A stretch of DNA of 64,000 bases from a bacterium (GTDB lineage Bacteria; Patescibacteriota; CPR2; UBA1875; JAJYID01), in contig JAJYJC010000002.1 in assembly GCA_021796415.1 (NCBI GenBank), forward strand, positions 7,983-71,982, read 5' to 3'. Numbering within the stretch: position 1 is the stretch's first letter; each line of letters begins with the position of its first letter. Position numbers and translations under genes: made by a program. Shown piece after piece: positions 1-9,485 of the stretch. The notes beneath the pieces were generated by a model, which searched no databases, was not told the origin of the DNA, and saw nothing but the letters and a program-made list of their open reading frames with translations.

Positions 1-301
1 CCGTCATTTGTCTTTTGCACTCCGGAACCAAAGGATCAACCCAATTTTCCAAATCCTTGTCGTAGTAATCGATCTTCCAGAAGACTTTCTCATCTTCCCA
101 CTTCAAACTCCCGGAGTCATGCTCTCCGAATGGATCATTGTCTTCATTGAAGTCATTGAACATCTTGATCCTGCCCAACAACCCTTCCAGGTTTCGAAGA
201 GTCCGAGCTCCTTGAGACAAGACAGTCCCTAAGCCCGACTCACGGAAACAATCATTTTTTGCCGCTATGCTCGCAGCCTGAAGATCCAATGTGTCTAACA
301 T
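1..301 (-). CDS. DUF3768-like protein (3' end runs off the window; absent from the ORF track)
   Basis: Manual translation MLDTLDLQ...FNDFNEDNDPFGEHDSG...VFWKIDYYD...DP... matches my recollection of the DUF3768 motif; AGGAGG RBS upstream. Confidence 0.75.
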   Translation of the reverse strand, partial: MLDTLDLQAASIAAKNDCFRESGLGTVLSQGARTLRNLEGLLGRIKMFNDFNEDNDPFGEHDSGSLKWEDEKVFWKIDYYDKDLENWVDPLVPECKRQMT

Positions 302-334
302 CTGTTCCTCCTTTCCATTTAATTTAACTCTCCG

Positions 335-465
335 GCGGTCGACCTCCGCCTTTGAAAGAGGAAAAAGAACAGCATGCCGGACAAGTCAAGGTGGAGCCCC
401 TTTATGGAACGACCTTGACTTGTTTGGTCTGTTCTTACACTTAAAAGAAAGGAGGAGGTCGTTGC
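335..465. promoter_or_regulatory. Long hairpin with a symmetric 11-nt bubble; Frpo-like ssDNA promoter candidate (alternative: 6S-like RNA)
   Basis: Stems 340-353/448-461, 365-372/429-436, 377-392/412-427; TTGACT at 415-420 and TACACT at 436-441 on the 3' arm. Confidence 0.55.
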
Positions 466-540
466 ACCCCGCCTCAACCCAGTTCGATTTAGTTATTTAG
501 ACGATAAAAGGAGACAGTATAAAAAAGTCTCTATGCCTCA

Positions 541-579
541 AAAAAAGACAAAGAAAAGAGACGCCATTTCTGACGTCTC
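541..579 (-). terminator. Intrinsic terminator for the minus-strand orphan operon
   Basis: GAGACGTCA-GAAA-TGGCGTCTC then a T-rich tract on the minus strand. Confidence 0.7.
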
Positions 580-637
580 GTACCATAGAATGAAGCAATG
601 CTTCAAACCGTAGGTATTGGGTGCAAGGAACCGAGGA

Positions 638-1009
638 TCACACCGACTCTTGGATCACCAGCTCTCGTATGACATGGCCAACGAGCTTGATTGCTTCCTG
701 CTTGTTGCCGGTGAGTCGGAAATCCAATGATTCTCCGAGGTGTCCGAAACACAAGATGAGAGGCTCCTCGGGAATGATCTGGACAGTAAACCAGTTGCCA
801 TCTGTCCTTTCCAGCCGAACCTCGGTCACAATGTGTTCCGGTTCCTGCAGTCCCGCCTGCATCGCTTCCACTTGCCCGGGGTCGACCTTGAACTCCTGAT
901 TGAACAGGTTGTTCTGTGGGCACTCAAGCTGTATATAAGGCGATCCATCAGGATAAATCCCCATGAACAGATGTAAGGGGGCATTGATCATATCTGTTTT
1001 CAGTTCCAC
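638..1009 (-). CDS. Hypothetical protein
   Basis: 123-aa ORF, GTG start with AAGGAGGTG RBS, part of a tight operon. Confidence 0.7.
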   Translation of the reverse strand: MELKTDMINAPLHLFMGIYPDGSPYIQLECPQNNLFNQEFKVDPGQVEAMQAGLQEPEHIVTEVRLERTDGNWFTVQIIPEEPLILCFGHLGESLDFRLTGNKQEAIKLVGHVIRELVIQESV

Positions 1010-1048
1010 TGATTACACCTCCTTCACTTCTCAATAGTCGTGCGTTTG

Positions 1049-1441
1049 TTAAACGCCGTTTTGCACGGAACAGGCAAGAGGGGGGTTGCTGTGCAAACAC
1101 CAGCTAGCCACCTGAGCCACCATTGCATCGTCTTCCCCTGTGATTTTCAGGTTGCCCTCGCTTGTTATCTCGAGGTATGTGTGATTATGCCACATCTTGA
1201 GAGCACTTGTACCACTCCCGCTGTTAAAGGAGACGTGATGGCGCTCTATTTGATGTTCAACCCAAAGCTGGTTCTTTATTCCCTCCTTGGTCTCGATCGA
1301 GAAACCCATAGCTTGGAGGATCCTGAACATCAGGGCATAATCTTCCCATTTCCTGAAAGCCATCTCCAGGACAACCCCGTTGCCGTTTGCCCCAATTTCG
1401 AAATCGAAAAAGCCTTGTAGTACATTATCGATCTTCATCAT
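1049..1441 (-). CDS. Hypothetical protein
   Basis: 130-aa ORF, GGAGGTG RBS, overlaps the upstream gene end. Confidence 0.7.
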   Translation of the reverse strand: MMKIDNVLQGFFDFEIGANGNGVVLEMAFRKWEDYALMFRILQAMGFSIETKEGIKNQLWVEHQIERHHVSFNSGSGTSALKMWHNHTYLEITSEGNLKITGEDDAMVAQVASWCLHSNPPLACSVQNGV

Positions 1442-1715
1442 TGGATAACACCTCCTTCGACTGTTGGCGATGTTTTATCGCTTCTTCGTATCTTTTCTGG
1501 AAGCCTGGCTGTTCCACGATGTGACCGGCTACCAACTGTAATGCCGCAAACATGAATGCCACTACGGCCAATATAGCCATTACGAGGCGCTCTGTGCTGT
1601 CGTTCCAGTTGGTGAAAACGTCGGCAACCAACAAAACACCGATAATGACAGTAAGCCATCCGGTCACCTTAAGAGGCGCGCCCTCTCCCGACAAATATGC
1701 GAAGTCTCTGTTCAT
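1425..1715 (-). CDS. Small two-TM membrane protein
   Basis: Two hydrophobic segments, GGAGGTG RBS. Confidence 0.7.
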   Translation of the reverse strand: MNRDFAYLSGEGAPLKVTGWLTVIIGVLLVADVFTNWNDSTERLVMAILAVVAFMFAALQLVAGHIVEQPGFQKRYEEAIKHRQQSKEVLSNDEDR

Positions 1716-1718
1716 CTG

Positions 1719-2045
1719 TCACACCTCCTCGAGGATTTTTCGTACATCGGCAGGGATAACTTCTTTACCGACATTCCTTTCGACATTGCATACGATCGTG
1801 TACACCTGTTCCCTGATTGCAGGCTGCATTGTATTTGCGAGCAGATCGATGTGCCCAGCGCGCTGCTGAACGTCAATGTCGCATACTTTCTGAGGCGACT
1901 TGGCGTCTATCTCGCAAATATCCCTGACTGTTTCCAGACCAACGGATATTTGAAGACCGGTGGGGTTGAAGAGAACCTTGTGCATCTCTTCAATCACTTC
2001 TTGGAATGGATTATTCGGATCACACATTGTCAAACCTCCTCGCAT
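1719..2045 (-). CDS. Hypothetical protein (true start probably the internal MCDPN Met)
   Basis: Operon context; GGAGGT RBS before the second Met. Confidence 0.65.
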   Translation of the reverse strand: MRGGLTMCDPNNPFQEVIEEMHKVLFNPTGLQISVGLETVRDICEIDAKSPQKVCDIDVQQRAGHIDLLANTMQPAIREQVYTIVCNVERNVGKEVIPADVRKILEEV

Positions 2046-2047
2046 TG

Positions 2048-2494
2048 CTATTGTGGTTGAGGATTTGTAATCTGTGGGCCTCTGAGAGCCTCACTAAACT
2101 GTTCGTCTGTTATGTAGCCTCTCTTGATCACGTGCTTCAGCCACAGATTGAGGAAGTTGTTAAGCTGGTACTTAGCCACCTCGTCAACTTCACCCGTCAC
2201 TGGATAGACATCTGTGTGTCTCTGATCTCCCTCCCCAGAATAGGTGAGCGCTTCCGCCAACTCCATAGTGGGATAAGCCCTGATCCGCATTTCCGGATCC
2301 GGTAGCCAGAGACGACCCTCCCGTGAATAGTGCCCCAATTTCATGGTAATGGATCCCTCCCCGTCTGATAGACGATAAAGATAGAGATCCATATAATTTG
2401 GGGCCCTGAGGGTCAAATTGCTTGCCAAGTTGTAGATGTTTCCGAAGATTCGGTTGAGCTTCTTGTAAATTCTTCGGTTGATTCTGGATGCCAT
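2048..2494 (-). CDS. DUF1249/YqiB-like protein
   Basis: Motifs PDPEMRIRAY...AEALTY and KYQLNNFLNLWL; start moved to MASRIN after a GGAGGTGG RBS. Confidence 0.6.
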   Translation of the reverse strand: MASRINRRIYKKLNRIFGNIYNLASNLTLRAPNYMDLYLYRLSDGEGSITMKLGHYSREGRLWLPDPEMRIRAYPTMELAEALTYSGEGDQRHTDVYPVTGEVDEVAKYQLNNFLNLWLKHVIKRGYITDEQFSEALRGPQITNPQPQ

Positions 2495-2504
2495 GTTCCA
2501 CCTC

Positions 2505-2861
2505 CTAAACTTCATCGGGTGGCACTGGCCAATTTTCGTAGCCACTGCCGACCATGACCAATGTGATCTGCGGGAAAGCGTCGAATCTCTTCCAGAGAGA
2601 TTCGAACGCATCCTCTAGTTTTCCTTCAAGGTAGACGAGATCTGTATACATTTCAACCCAAGTTCCTGATACCCCTTCGTACCATTCGAAGTTCTCATCC
2701 AGATAAATATCTCCTGGACAATCCTTTTCCGACCAAGCGATAACAGACTCGAGAAACTTTATCTGTTCCTCGCGAGTTAACATCTTGGAGAGTTTCGCCC
2801 TGATGTTGAGTCCATCCGGGTCGAATCTCTCGTCAAGCTTTATCTCGAATGAGTGCGGCAT
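2505..2861 (-). CDS. Hypothetical acidic protein
   Basis: First gene of the operon; AAGGAG RBS; TTTACA-17-TATGAT promoter upstream. Confidence 0.7.
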   Translation of the reverse strand: MPHSFEIKLDERFDPDGLNIRAKLSKMLTREEQIKFLESVIAWSEKDCPGDIYLDENFEWYEGVSGTWVEMYTDLVYLEGKLEDAFESLWKRFDAFPQITLVMVGSGYENWPVPPDEV

Positions 2862-3024
2862 GTCTGCTCCTTTGATATTTTTTCCAGAGTAAAATTTGAT
2901 CAGAGACCTTAAGGCCTATAACCAAATAAAACCCTGGAAGTTTTCAAGGTTCAAGATTTCTAATCATAACATAAAACTTGTCCTATGTAAAGCCCGAAAA
3001 GCCGAATTTTCTATTGGAATTCCT

Positions 3025-3543
3025 TTATATCTCCAGAACAGCTGTTTCTTTGATATCAATACTGCCTTTAAAAAGAATATGAGGTATTTTATAAAAAAGC
3101 AGAGGTCTTTCGTTGGTTAAATACTTTTCTCTGTAATACTTTTTTGTTTCATATCTGAGCTCAGAATATTTGTCTAGTTCATTTGGATTAAATCTGATAA
3201 TTTCTTTAGGGTTTAATCCCGGACCATCCGTGAAGTATAAATAAAGTACCGTTTTATCCGGATTAAGCAGTTTGGGATCAATCTCGAGAAACTTACCATG
3301 AAATTCATGATTGATTTCCTTGAAAACCCTTTGAATTTCTTTCGGATGGACTGGTGAGAAATGGAGAACATCATTCCATTTGCAATTTAAGATTGGTATT
3401 ACTTCATCAAGTAAATGCTCTCTGCCTTGATATTTCGTGACTTTCTTTTCATAAATTTTGGGATAAATCTCTTTTAGTTCATTTAAGGGATAGAGAATAT
3501 CTCCCTCCATATCTTTTGGCAGTTGATGATATAGATAATTCAT
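3025..3543 (-). CDS. Conserved hypothetical protein
   Basis: 172-aa ORF with protein-like motifs (LYPLNEL, KYQGRE, WNDVLHFSPVHP). Confidence 0.75.
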   Translation of the reverse strand: MNYLYHQLPKDMEGDILYPLNELKEIYPKIYEKKVTKYQGREHLLDEVIPILNCKWNDVLHFSPVHPKEIQRVFKEINHEFHGKFLEIDPKLLNPDKTVLYLYFTDGPGLNPKEIIRFNPNELDKYSELRYETKKYYREKYLTNERPLLFYKIPHILFKGSIDIKETAVLEI

Positions 3544-3552
3544 AGCAACTTC

Positions 3553-4470
3553 CTAGTGTAGACTATCTATCTTTTTAATATTTTCTTCCAAGTAGCTTTC
3601 ATTCAATTTATTTGTAACAAAATTATATATCGGCCAGGAAGTGAAGACTAAGGCCGATTTAAGAACCCTGACCTCTGATTGTGATAATCTTCGAACAGTT
3701 TGATAGGCACTGAGATAAGTCTGCATCTCGTTTGCTGTAAAGACAGCCTTATTTACAAGGCAGAAATGCTTAATCGCCATCGACAAATCGATTGCAAAGA
3801 TGTTTCTATCAGAGAAGTCAAAATCAATGATTTTCAACTCTTTACTTTTCGTATTATATAGAATGTTTACTTTGCCAATATCATTATGACAGATACCATT
3901 CGGCAATTTGTCAAAATTCTCCCTTATATACGACAATTCAGTCACACCTCTATTAAGCAGATTTTTAAGAAATTGAGTTTGTGATTTCTTTTCTATTTTT
4001 CTAAAGTTCATTTCGTAATCAATAAATGTCAGCTTATGTCTCTTTAGGCGATTGAACTTTATTTCACTGGCAACATTGTGTAGTTTAGCTTGCGTTTTTG
4101 CCACTTCTCTGAGAACAATGATATCCCATGTTTGCTTCTCATGATGTTCAAAGTAGGGAATAACATAGGTAAACCGTTTGTCGGTAATCTTTGTAATATA
4201 TTCACCTTGCTTGTTTTTCGTAAAAGGAATGACAGGGAGATTCCTTTCATAACAAATTTTGAGGTACTTTGCTGTTGAATTTAGTGAGTAAAAACTTCGA
4301 GAATAATAGGCGCTCAAAGCATAAGGATAAGGACTCTTGAAAATATATTGTCTGTTCTGGGCTTTAATTATCGCTAGAAAGTGATGATCGGTAGTTTCCC
4401 ATTTTTTAATAACCTGCCAAGTATCAAAATATTGCGACAAAGTTCTGTTAACTAGTTTATCGTTAATCAT
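3553..4470 (-). CDS. Aminoglycoside phosphotransferase / homoserine kinase II-like phosphotransferase
   Basis: CHNDIGKVNIL and IIDFD motifs; ATGA overlap with the upstream stop fixes the start at MINDK. Confidence 0.8.
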   Translation of the reverse strand: MINDKLVNRTLSQYFDTWQVIKKWETTDHHFLAIIKAQNRQYIFKSPYPYALSAYYSRSFYSLNSTAKYLKICYERNLPVIPFTKNKQGEYITKITDKRFTYVIPYFEHHEKQTWDIIVLREVAKTQAKLHNVASEIKFNRLKRHKLTFIDYEMNFRKIEKKSQTQFLKNLLNRGVTELSYIRENFDKLPNGICHNDIGKVNILYNTKSKELKIIDFDFSDRNIFAIDLSMAIKHFCLVNKAVFTANEMQTYLSAYQTVRRLSQSEVRVLKSALVFTSWPIYNFVTNKLNESYLEENIKKIDSLH

Positions 4471-4856
4471 CTTTTTCTCTCCAGTTCTTTTATAGCTTCT
4501 TTGATCGAGGCAACTATTATACCTGCTTTCTGCACGAAATCTAAAGACCAATCCTGCCTTTGTTTATCCCAAATAATAATTAAATTTTTACAGGTTTCGC
4601 CAGGATGCTCTGTATTCAAGGCTAAAAAATATCCCACTTCTATCCAGGTTCCTTCACAAGGGGTAGTCCCTGGATTTGCTATAAGAATATCAGCTTCTGT
4701 AATTGCTTTTAGATCATCGGGGAAGAATGTATCGGGAGAAGCTTGATCTGAGTCAAATTCCCAGTCATGAAATTCAAAACCAGAAACTTTTTTAATTCTT
4801 TCTTTCCAATCGCCTGCATATTCACTTGAAAGTCCTGCTAAATAAACTTTTTTCAT
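4467..4856 (-). CDS. Nucleoside 2-deoxyribosyltransferase-like protein
   Basis: KVYLAG, DLKAITEADILIA, GTWIEVGY motifs. Confidence 0.75.
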   Translation of the reverse strand: MKKVYLAGLSSEYAGDWKERIKKVSGFEFHDWEFDSDQASPDTFFPDDLKAITEADILIANPGTTPCEGTWIEVGYFLALNTEHPGETCKNLIIIWDKQRQDWSLDFVQKAGIIVASIKEAIKELERKR

Positions 4857-4925
4857 AGGGAAATTATAACACAAAAATGATAGATCATCGTATAAATAAT
4901 GCTTAATTTGCGGTATAATCTAGTT

Positions 4926-5456
4926 ATGGATAAAAAAATAGACATCATTTCAATAGCTGATGATGTGGCATCTTTGTCAGTAAGATCGATTTTGGAATTC
5001 TGGGGCATTAAGGTTAATATTCATTATGTTGCCAAATCACAGGACCTGGTCGATATTTTTAAGAAAGACAGTTTATCTCAAAATCTTCTTTTAATGTGTC
5101 ATGGAGTGGAAGAAGGAATTCATCTGCCTGAACTCGATCCCGCAGTAGTCAAAACTCAACCTTATGATAAGATATTAACTTCTGATAATCTTGGTGAATT
5201 TCTAAAACTAAACGGTCAAATAGCGGTAAGTACCGGGTGTAAAACCGGCACCAAAGCCTTTGCTGATACTTTTCTGAGTAAAGGAGCGAAAGAGTATATA
5301 GCGCCTGGCAGTTATCCCGAGGGAACAGCTAGTTTGTTCTTCACAGTTAATTTCTACTACTTTCTGCTAGTAAAGAAATTGCCGATCAAAGAAGCATATA
5401 CCAAGTCAAAGCTTATTGATAATGAGACAGAGATGTTTGAACTTTTTAGGAGATAA
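4926..5456 (+). CDS. Stand-alone CHAT/caspase-fold protein
   Basis: LLMCHG and STGCKTG resemble the His-Gly / Gly-Cys dyad; FLSKGAKEYIAP. Confidence 0.5.
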   Translation: MDKKIDIISIADDVASLSVRSILEFWGIKVNIHYVAKSQDLVDIFKKDSLSQNLLLMCHGVEEGIHLPELDPAVVKTQPYDKILTSDNLGEFLKLNGQIAVSTGCKTGTKAFADTFLSKGAKEYIAPGSYPEGTASLFFTVNFYYFLLVKKLPIKEAYTKSKLIDNETEMFELFRR

Positions 5457-5671
5457 AAATAGCAGCAATAGGCACAAGCTCAAGGGTATTGTTTCAGTAT
5501 TCTAGAAAAAGCTTATTTCATTAATTTCCCAAACCAGTTTTAATCTGTGGCTTCATTGAAATCAAGCTCCGAATTTGTTATACTTATGTTCACTATAGAG
5601 TAGCGCAACTTGTACAATGCTGTACCAAAAGGGTATGGCTAAAATATTTTCCGACACAAGGAGGTGACAAC

Positions 5672-7669
5672 ATGAGTCCTGTGGCTACTGAGGAAAAGGA
5701 TTTAATAGCTGCTTTACACGGCGAAAAGCACCAAACGGCAAGAAATGAACTGGTTGAGAAATATCAACCGTTAGTTCGTTATATTGCCAATAAACATGCT
5801 GTAAATGCTGAATACCTTGATGAGCTTATTCAAATCGGATCCATAGGGCTCATAAAGGCAATTGATCGATTCGATCCGTCAAAAGGTGTAAAAATCTCTA
5901 CCTATGCTACCTACAGAATTAAAGGTGAGATCAAGGATTACTTTCGTAATTCTGAACATCGGCTCTTGAGACCTTCCAGACAACTACATGAACTAGCTGT
6001 CAAGCTAGAAAATGCAAGGCAGACTCTCACGAGCACTCACCACAAACCTACGATCACTGAACTGGCTGAGTTTGTCGGTGTCTCTACGAAAAAGGCAGAA
6101 ACTGCTCTTAGCTTGCAAGTAAGTGCGCTTTCTCTTGATGATATAGGTCAAGATGAAAGTAGTGGTCAGACACTAACGGATATTCTCGGCAAAGAAGATG
6201 GAGCATTCTCGCAGCTAGAGTACTCCATGACACTTGACTTTCTGAACTGCTCTGCGCTGAGCCAACGGGAGTTAAGGGTCTTGCATCTGAGGTTCTACGA
6301 AGACCAGTCCCCGACAGAAATAGCAAAGTTGTTAGGCTGCTCTCAGTCTAACATCACCCTGATTATTAAGAAGGCCTTCATCAAACTTCTTGGCAGCACA
6401 AATAGGTCACTTAACTCTGTTTTGCCAGCTTTTAGCTTGGCGAGCTCCGATTTGAGTTTGACTGAAAGTGAAAAAGCTCTAGCACAAGAGGCAGTAAACG
6501 CCTTGGATTATCTAGGCAACGAATCCAAGACTGATGTATTAGTGCAAGAGCTTCATGCCAGAAGAATATCACTGGAAGCCCTGTTATTTGCCCTGAGAGC
6601 TAAATATGTCAAGTTCATAAGCAATGGGGGTAATGGGACTTGGCGAGTTTTACAACCAACACTAACGCCCTCGAGCTTTCATAAGATGTTTGCGGATGAT
6701 CTGGCTTTTATGGACAGGTTACTGCTGACTCTCTTAAAGCATGGTAACGGAGGGATGGAAAGGAGAATTCTCAGAGAAACCCTTAGAAACCAGCCTGGAT
6801 CTCTACGGCTACCCGAGTATGTTGTATTTGCACAATTGCTCGGAGATACTGCTAGGCGTGGTTTTGTCGAAGTGCAGGGAAGTGCAAACTCTGATCTTGT
6901 AATTCCGCTAATCACTTTAAGTGATATCTTCGAGAAGTACAGGAAAAGAGCACTCAATCAGGAAAGGCAAGCACAGCAAAAACGGTTACTAAAACCAAGC
7001 ATCAATGATCCGCGGTTTGAACAGTTACTTGCTCAGCCACTTTCCAGTATAGCAAGGTTCATGACGGTGTTACTGCAGTTCGGCTCGAATGGAACAACTC
7101 GTCGGAACCTTCGCAAGATTCTCTCTCAGAAAAGCAACGGATCGAGCTTCGATATGAGAGATTTCACACGAACAGTGTATAAGGCTCAAGATAAGGATAA
7201 CTGTTTCGAGAAATCTCTGATTGAAGTTATACCGGCAAAGAATCAAGCAGAGGAGGTATTTCGGCCCCTAATCAGATTGGATGACCTTATTGAGAAGCTG
7301 CCTAAAACTAAGGCAAACCACAACCAGCACAAAGCAACCTGCGATAATAACCCTCTTTTCGATGAGCTGGCTCAAATGCCACTCAGCCGGCCTGAAAAGG
7401 TGTTGGTGGTCTTATGGCAATTCGGACCTGAGGGGACTGATCGCAAGACCTTGAGGGAGACAATAAAAAACGAGGTCTCTAATCTACAAGTTAGCAGCCA
7501 CCATTTCTCCTATGCTCTTTATATGGCTGTCCACAATAACAATCGGTGGGGACAACTTGTTGAGATAAGAGACGCCTTAACGCCAGATGAACAAGTCATC
7601 TATCCCCTCGTAACCCTCGAGAATTTGTGTGTAAAATATCAACTCCCAAAAGGAGGTGTCGGCGAATAA
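5672..7669 (+). CDS. SigB/SigF-like sigma-70 factor with a ~400-aa C-terminal repeat extension
   Basis: Region 2 (ELIQIGSIGLIKAIDRFDPSKG..TYA), region 3, region 4 HTH (LSQRELRVLHLRF..EIAKLLG), then three ~100-aa repeats. Confidence 0.85.
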   Translation: MSPVATEEKDLIAALHGEKHQTARNELVEKYQPLVRYIANKHAVNAEYLDELIQIGSIGLIKAIDRFDPSKGVKISTYATYRIKGEIKDYFRNSEHRLLRPSRQLHELAVKLENARQTLTSTHHKPTITELAEFVGVSTKKAETALSLQVSALSLDDIGQDESSGQTLTDILGKEDGAFSQLEYSMTLDFLNCSALSQRELRVLHLRFYEDQSPTEIAKLLGCSQSNITLIIKKAFIKLLGSTNRSLNSVLPAFSLASSDLSLTESEKALAQEAVNALDYLGNESKTDVLVQELHARRISLEALLFALRAKYVKFISNGGNGTWRVLQPTLTPSSFHKMFADDLAFMDRLLLTLLKHGNGGMERRILRETLRNQPGSLRLPEYVVFAQLLGDTARRGFVEVQGSANSDLVIPLITLSDIFEKYRKRALNQERQAQQKRLLKPSINDPRFEQLLAQPLSSIARFMTVLLQFGSNGTTRRNLRKILSQKSNGSSFDMRDFTRTVYKAQDKDNCFEKSLIEVIPAKNQAEEVFRPLIRLDDLIEKLPKTKANHNQHKATCDNNPLFDELAQMPLSRPEKVLVVLWQFGPEGTDRKTLRETIKNEVSNLQVSSHHFSYALYMAVHNNNRWGQLVEIRDALTPDEQVIYPLVTLENLCVKYQLPKGGVGE

Positions 7670-7700
7670 ACGGCCAGTAGTATTTCTAGCTGGCCGTTTT
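7668..7700. terminator. Hairpin terminator between convergent genes
   Basis: AAACGGCCAG...CTGGCCGTTTT. Confidence 0.65.
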
Positions 7701-7734
7701 ACTTGCGCTTGAAGAAAACATGGTACTAAAGATA

Positions 7735-8421
7735 CTAGCTCTCCAAGCTTTCCCAAGGGGGAATTTTACATTCATCATCCTTCGATTCTGATCGTACATC
7801 TTTGATATTTGCCACTCTTTTTGGAAATGCTATGCCCGAGGACTCTTTGTATTTATTTCGATATTCAAAAGCTTCCTGCCCCACATTAATCTGAATTTTT
7901 TGAAGATCAGGATTGAAGATAACAACTTCAGCAATGGTGTCCGGACTTGATTGGAACTCCCTTAATGACCATACGGGGAAATAAATATCTTGCTCTCTCA
8001 AGTATTTGTTAATAGCTTGATAATCAACCCCATCCTCTGTAAGTAAGTGCACTAAGAGGATATAAGTGGCAGGGAAATTTTGTTGTAGTTTTGTTCTTAT
8101 CAACTGGTCTAATAATAATTCTGGCGAAGATCTGTAAGTAGTTAATTCTACTTGAGTTATATCCATAGTTCCCGAATTAGGCTGCATGAGTAGAATATCA
8201 GGTGGTTCATCAAGTGGTAAACGAATATATGTAGGTAAATTACGAAAATTACTCAATACAAATGCTATCACTGCAGCTATTCTTGCTTCTCGAGCTTTTT
8301 GATATCTGGGATTTTTTTCTAGCTTATCTTGACCTATCGAAACAGCAAGTTCATCCAAATGCATAAAAACATTTGTAGGTGAATGCCATCTTTTATTAAA
8401 CTGCGAATTTTTCATATACAA
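7735..8421 (-). CDS. Hypothetical protein, possible PD-(D/E)XK-like fold
   Basis: EPPDILL...QVELT spacing; AT-rich ORF. Confidence 0.6.
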   Translation of the reverse strand: MYMKNSQFNKRWHSPTNVFMHLDELAVSIGQDKLEKNPRYQKAREARIAAVIAFVLSNFRNLPTYIRLPLDEPPDILLMQPNSGTMDITQVELTTYRSSPELLLDQLIRTKLQQNFPATYILLVHLLTEDGVDYQAINKYLREQDIYFPVWSLREFQSSPDTIAEVVIFNPDLQKIQINVGQEAFEYRNKYKESSGIAFPKRVANIKDVRSESKDDECKIPPWESLES

Positions 8422-8423
8422 AA

Positions 8424-9365
8424 TTATGTTACGTTTTTATCAATTATATCTACAAGAGAGTTAAAACCCTGCATGCTATCACGAAAATAATCCATCAGTT
8501 TATCTGCCATTTGATCTCCATGACTGTTATTGTGATTCTTCTCATCTGTGGCTCTCACTAAAGATATATTCATAAGCTGTAGTCTAATATTTTCACGATT
8601 GACGGGTAACTGTTTCTCAAATTCTTTAGCGTATTTCTCTTGCCAGTCAGGATGTGACCAATTTAATGCCCATGGATAAGTCAAAAGGGCTTCTAAGGGT
8701 TGTTGAATACCGTCCCAATCAATCAATACTAATCTCCCTGTGCTCAGCCTTATAACATTCCTGGGATTAAAATCACAATTACTCATTATCACTTTTTGCC
8801 GTCCCTCACATTCTCGCCATAAGTTATCTGCCTCTTTTCTAATATTCGTTTCCTCTGATGATTTAATTAAGTTCATCTCCAAAGCTCCAGTAAATCTTTC
8901 CCAAAATCTGACTTCTTCGGCTTTTGCTTGATAAAGAAAAACATCATCTTTTTGTAAAAGATCTTCTACATTAACTTTTATCAGGTCTTTAACAATTTTA
9001 ACCATATCTTCCGCAAGCAGCATATCAGATGTATTAAAGTCGAATCTATTACCTCCATAATATGGCAAAAGTATATAGCTACCATTTGCTTCATTAGTGG
9101 AGTAAACGTGGTCTGCTTTTGGCAAGTTTAAAACAGTAAACTCCTCTTTAACTTGAGGTAAAATATCTCTATAACACCTAGGTTCAAAGGAACCAAAAGG
9201 AACATATTTTAAAAGATGGGTAATTTCTGAGTCATTTGCACAATTAAATTTAAATATCCGGTTACTTACATTGTCAGTAATTTCTTCAACAAATTCCAAA
9301 CCAAAATCTTTTTCAATTTGATTTGCAATTTGGACGAAATCTTTTGGTTTTTTGATGGTTTCCAT
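8424..9365 (-). CDS. APH/choline kinase-like phosphotransferase
   Basis: NCDFNPRNVI and LVLIDWD motifs. Confidence 0.75.
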   Translation of the reverse strand: METIKKPKDFVQIANQIEKDFGLEFVEEITDNVSNRIFKFNCANDSEITHLLKYVPFGSFEPRCYRDILPQVKEEFTVLNLPKADHVYSTNEANGSYILLPYYGGNRFDFNTSDMLLAEDMVKIVKDLIKVNVEDLLQKDDVFLYQAKAEEVRFWERFTGALEMNLIKSSEETNIRKEADNLWRECEGRQKVIMSNCDFNPRNVIRLSTGRLVLIDWDGIQQPLEALLTYPWALNWSHPDWQEKYAKEFEKQLPVNRENIRLQLMNISLVRATDEKNHNNSHGDQMADKLMDYFRDSMQGFNSLVDIIDKNVT

Positions 9366-9450
9366 GCTCTTGATTATATTGTTATGTATACAAACTGTAA
9401 AATCTTACAAAAACTAGCCTTTTAAAAGCTCTTATTATGCCTTTATCTGC

Positions 9451-9479
9451 TTGACATGTGTATATTAGTGAGGTATTAT
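9451..9479 (+). promoter_or_regulatory. Sigma-70 promoter with no downstream ORF
   Basis: TTGACA-17 nt-TATTAT. Confidence 0.7.
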
Positions 9480-9485
9480 TAGTTC

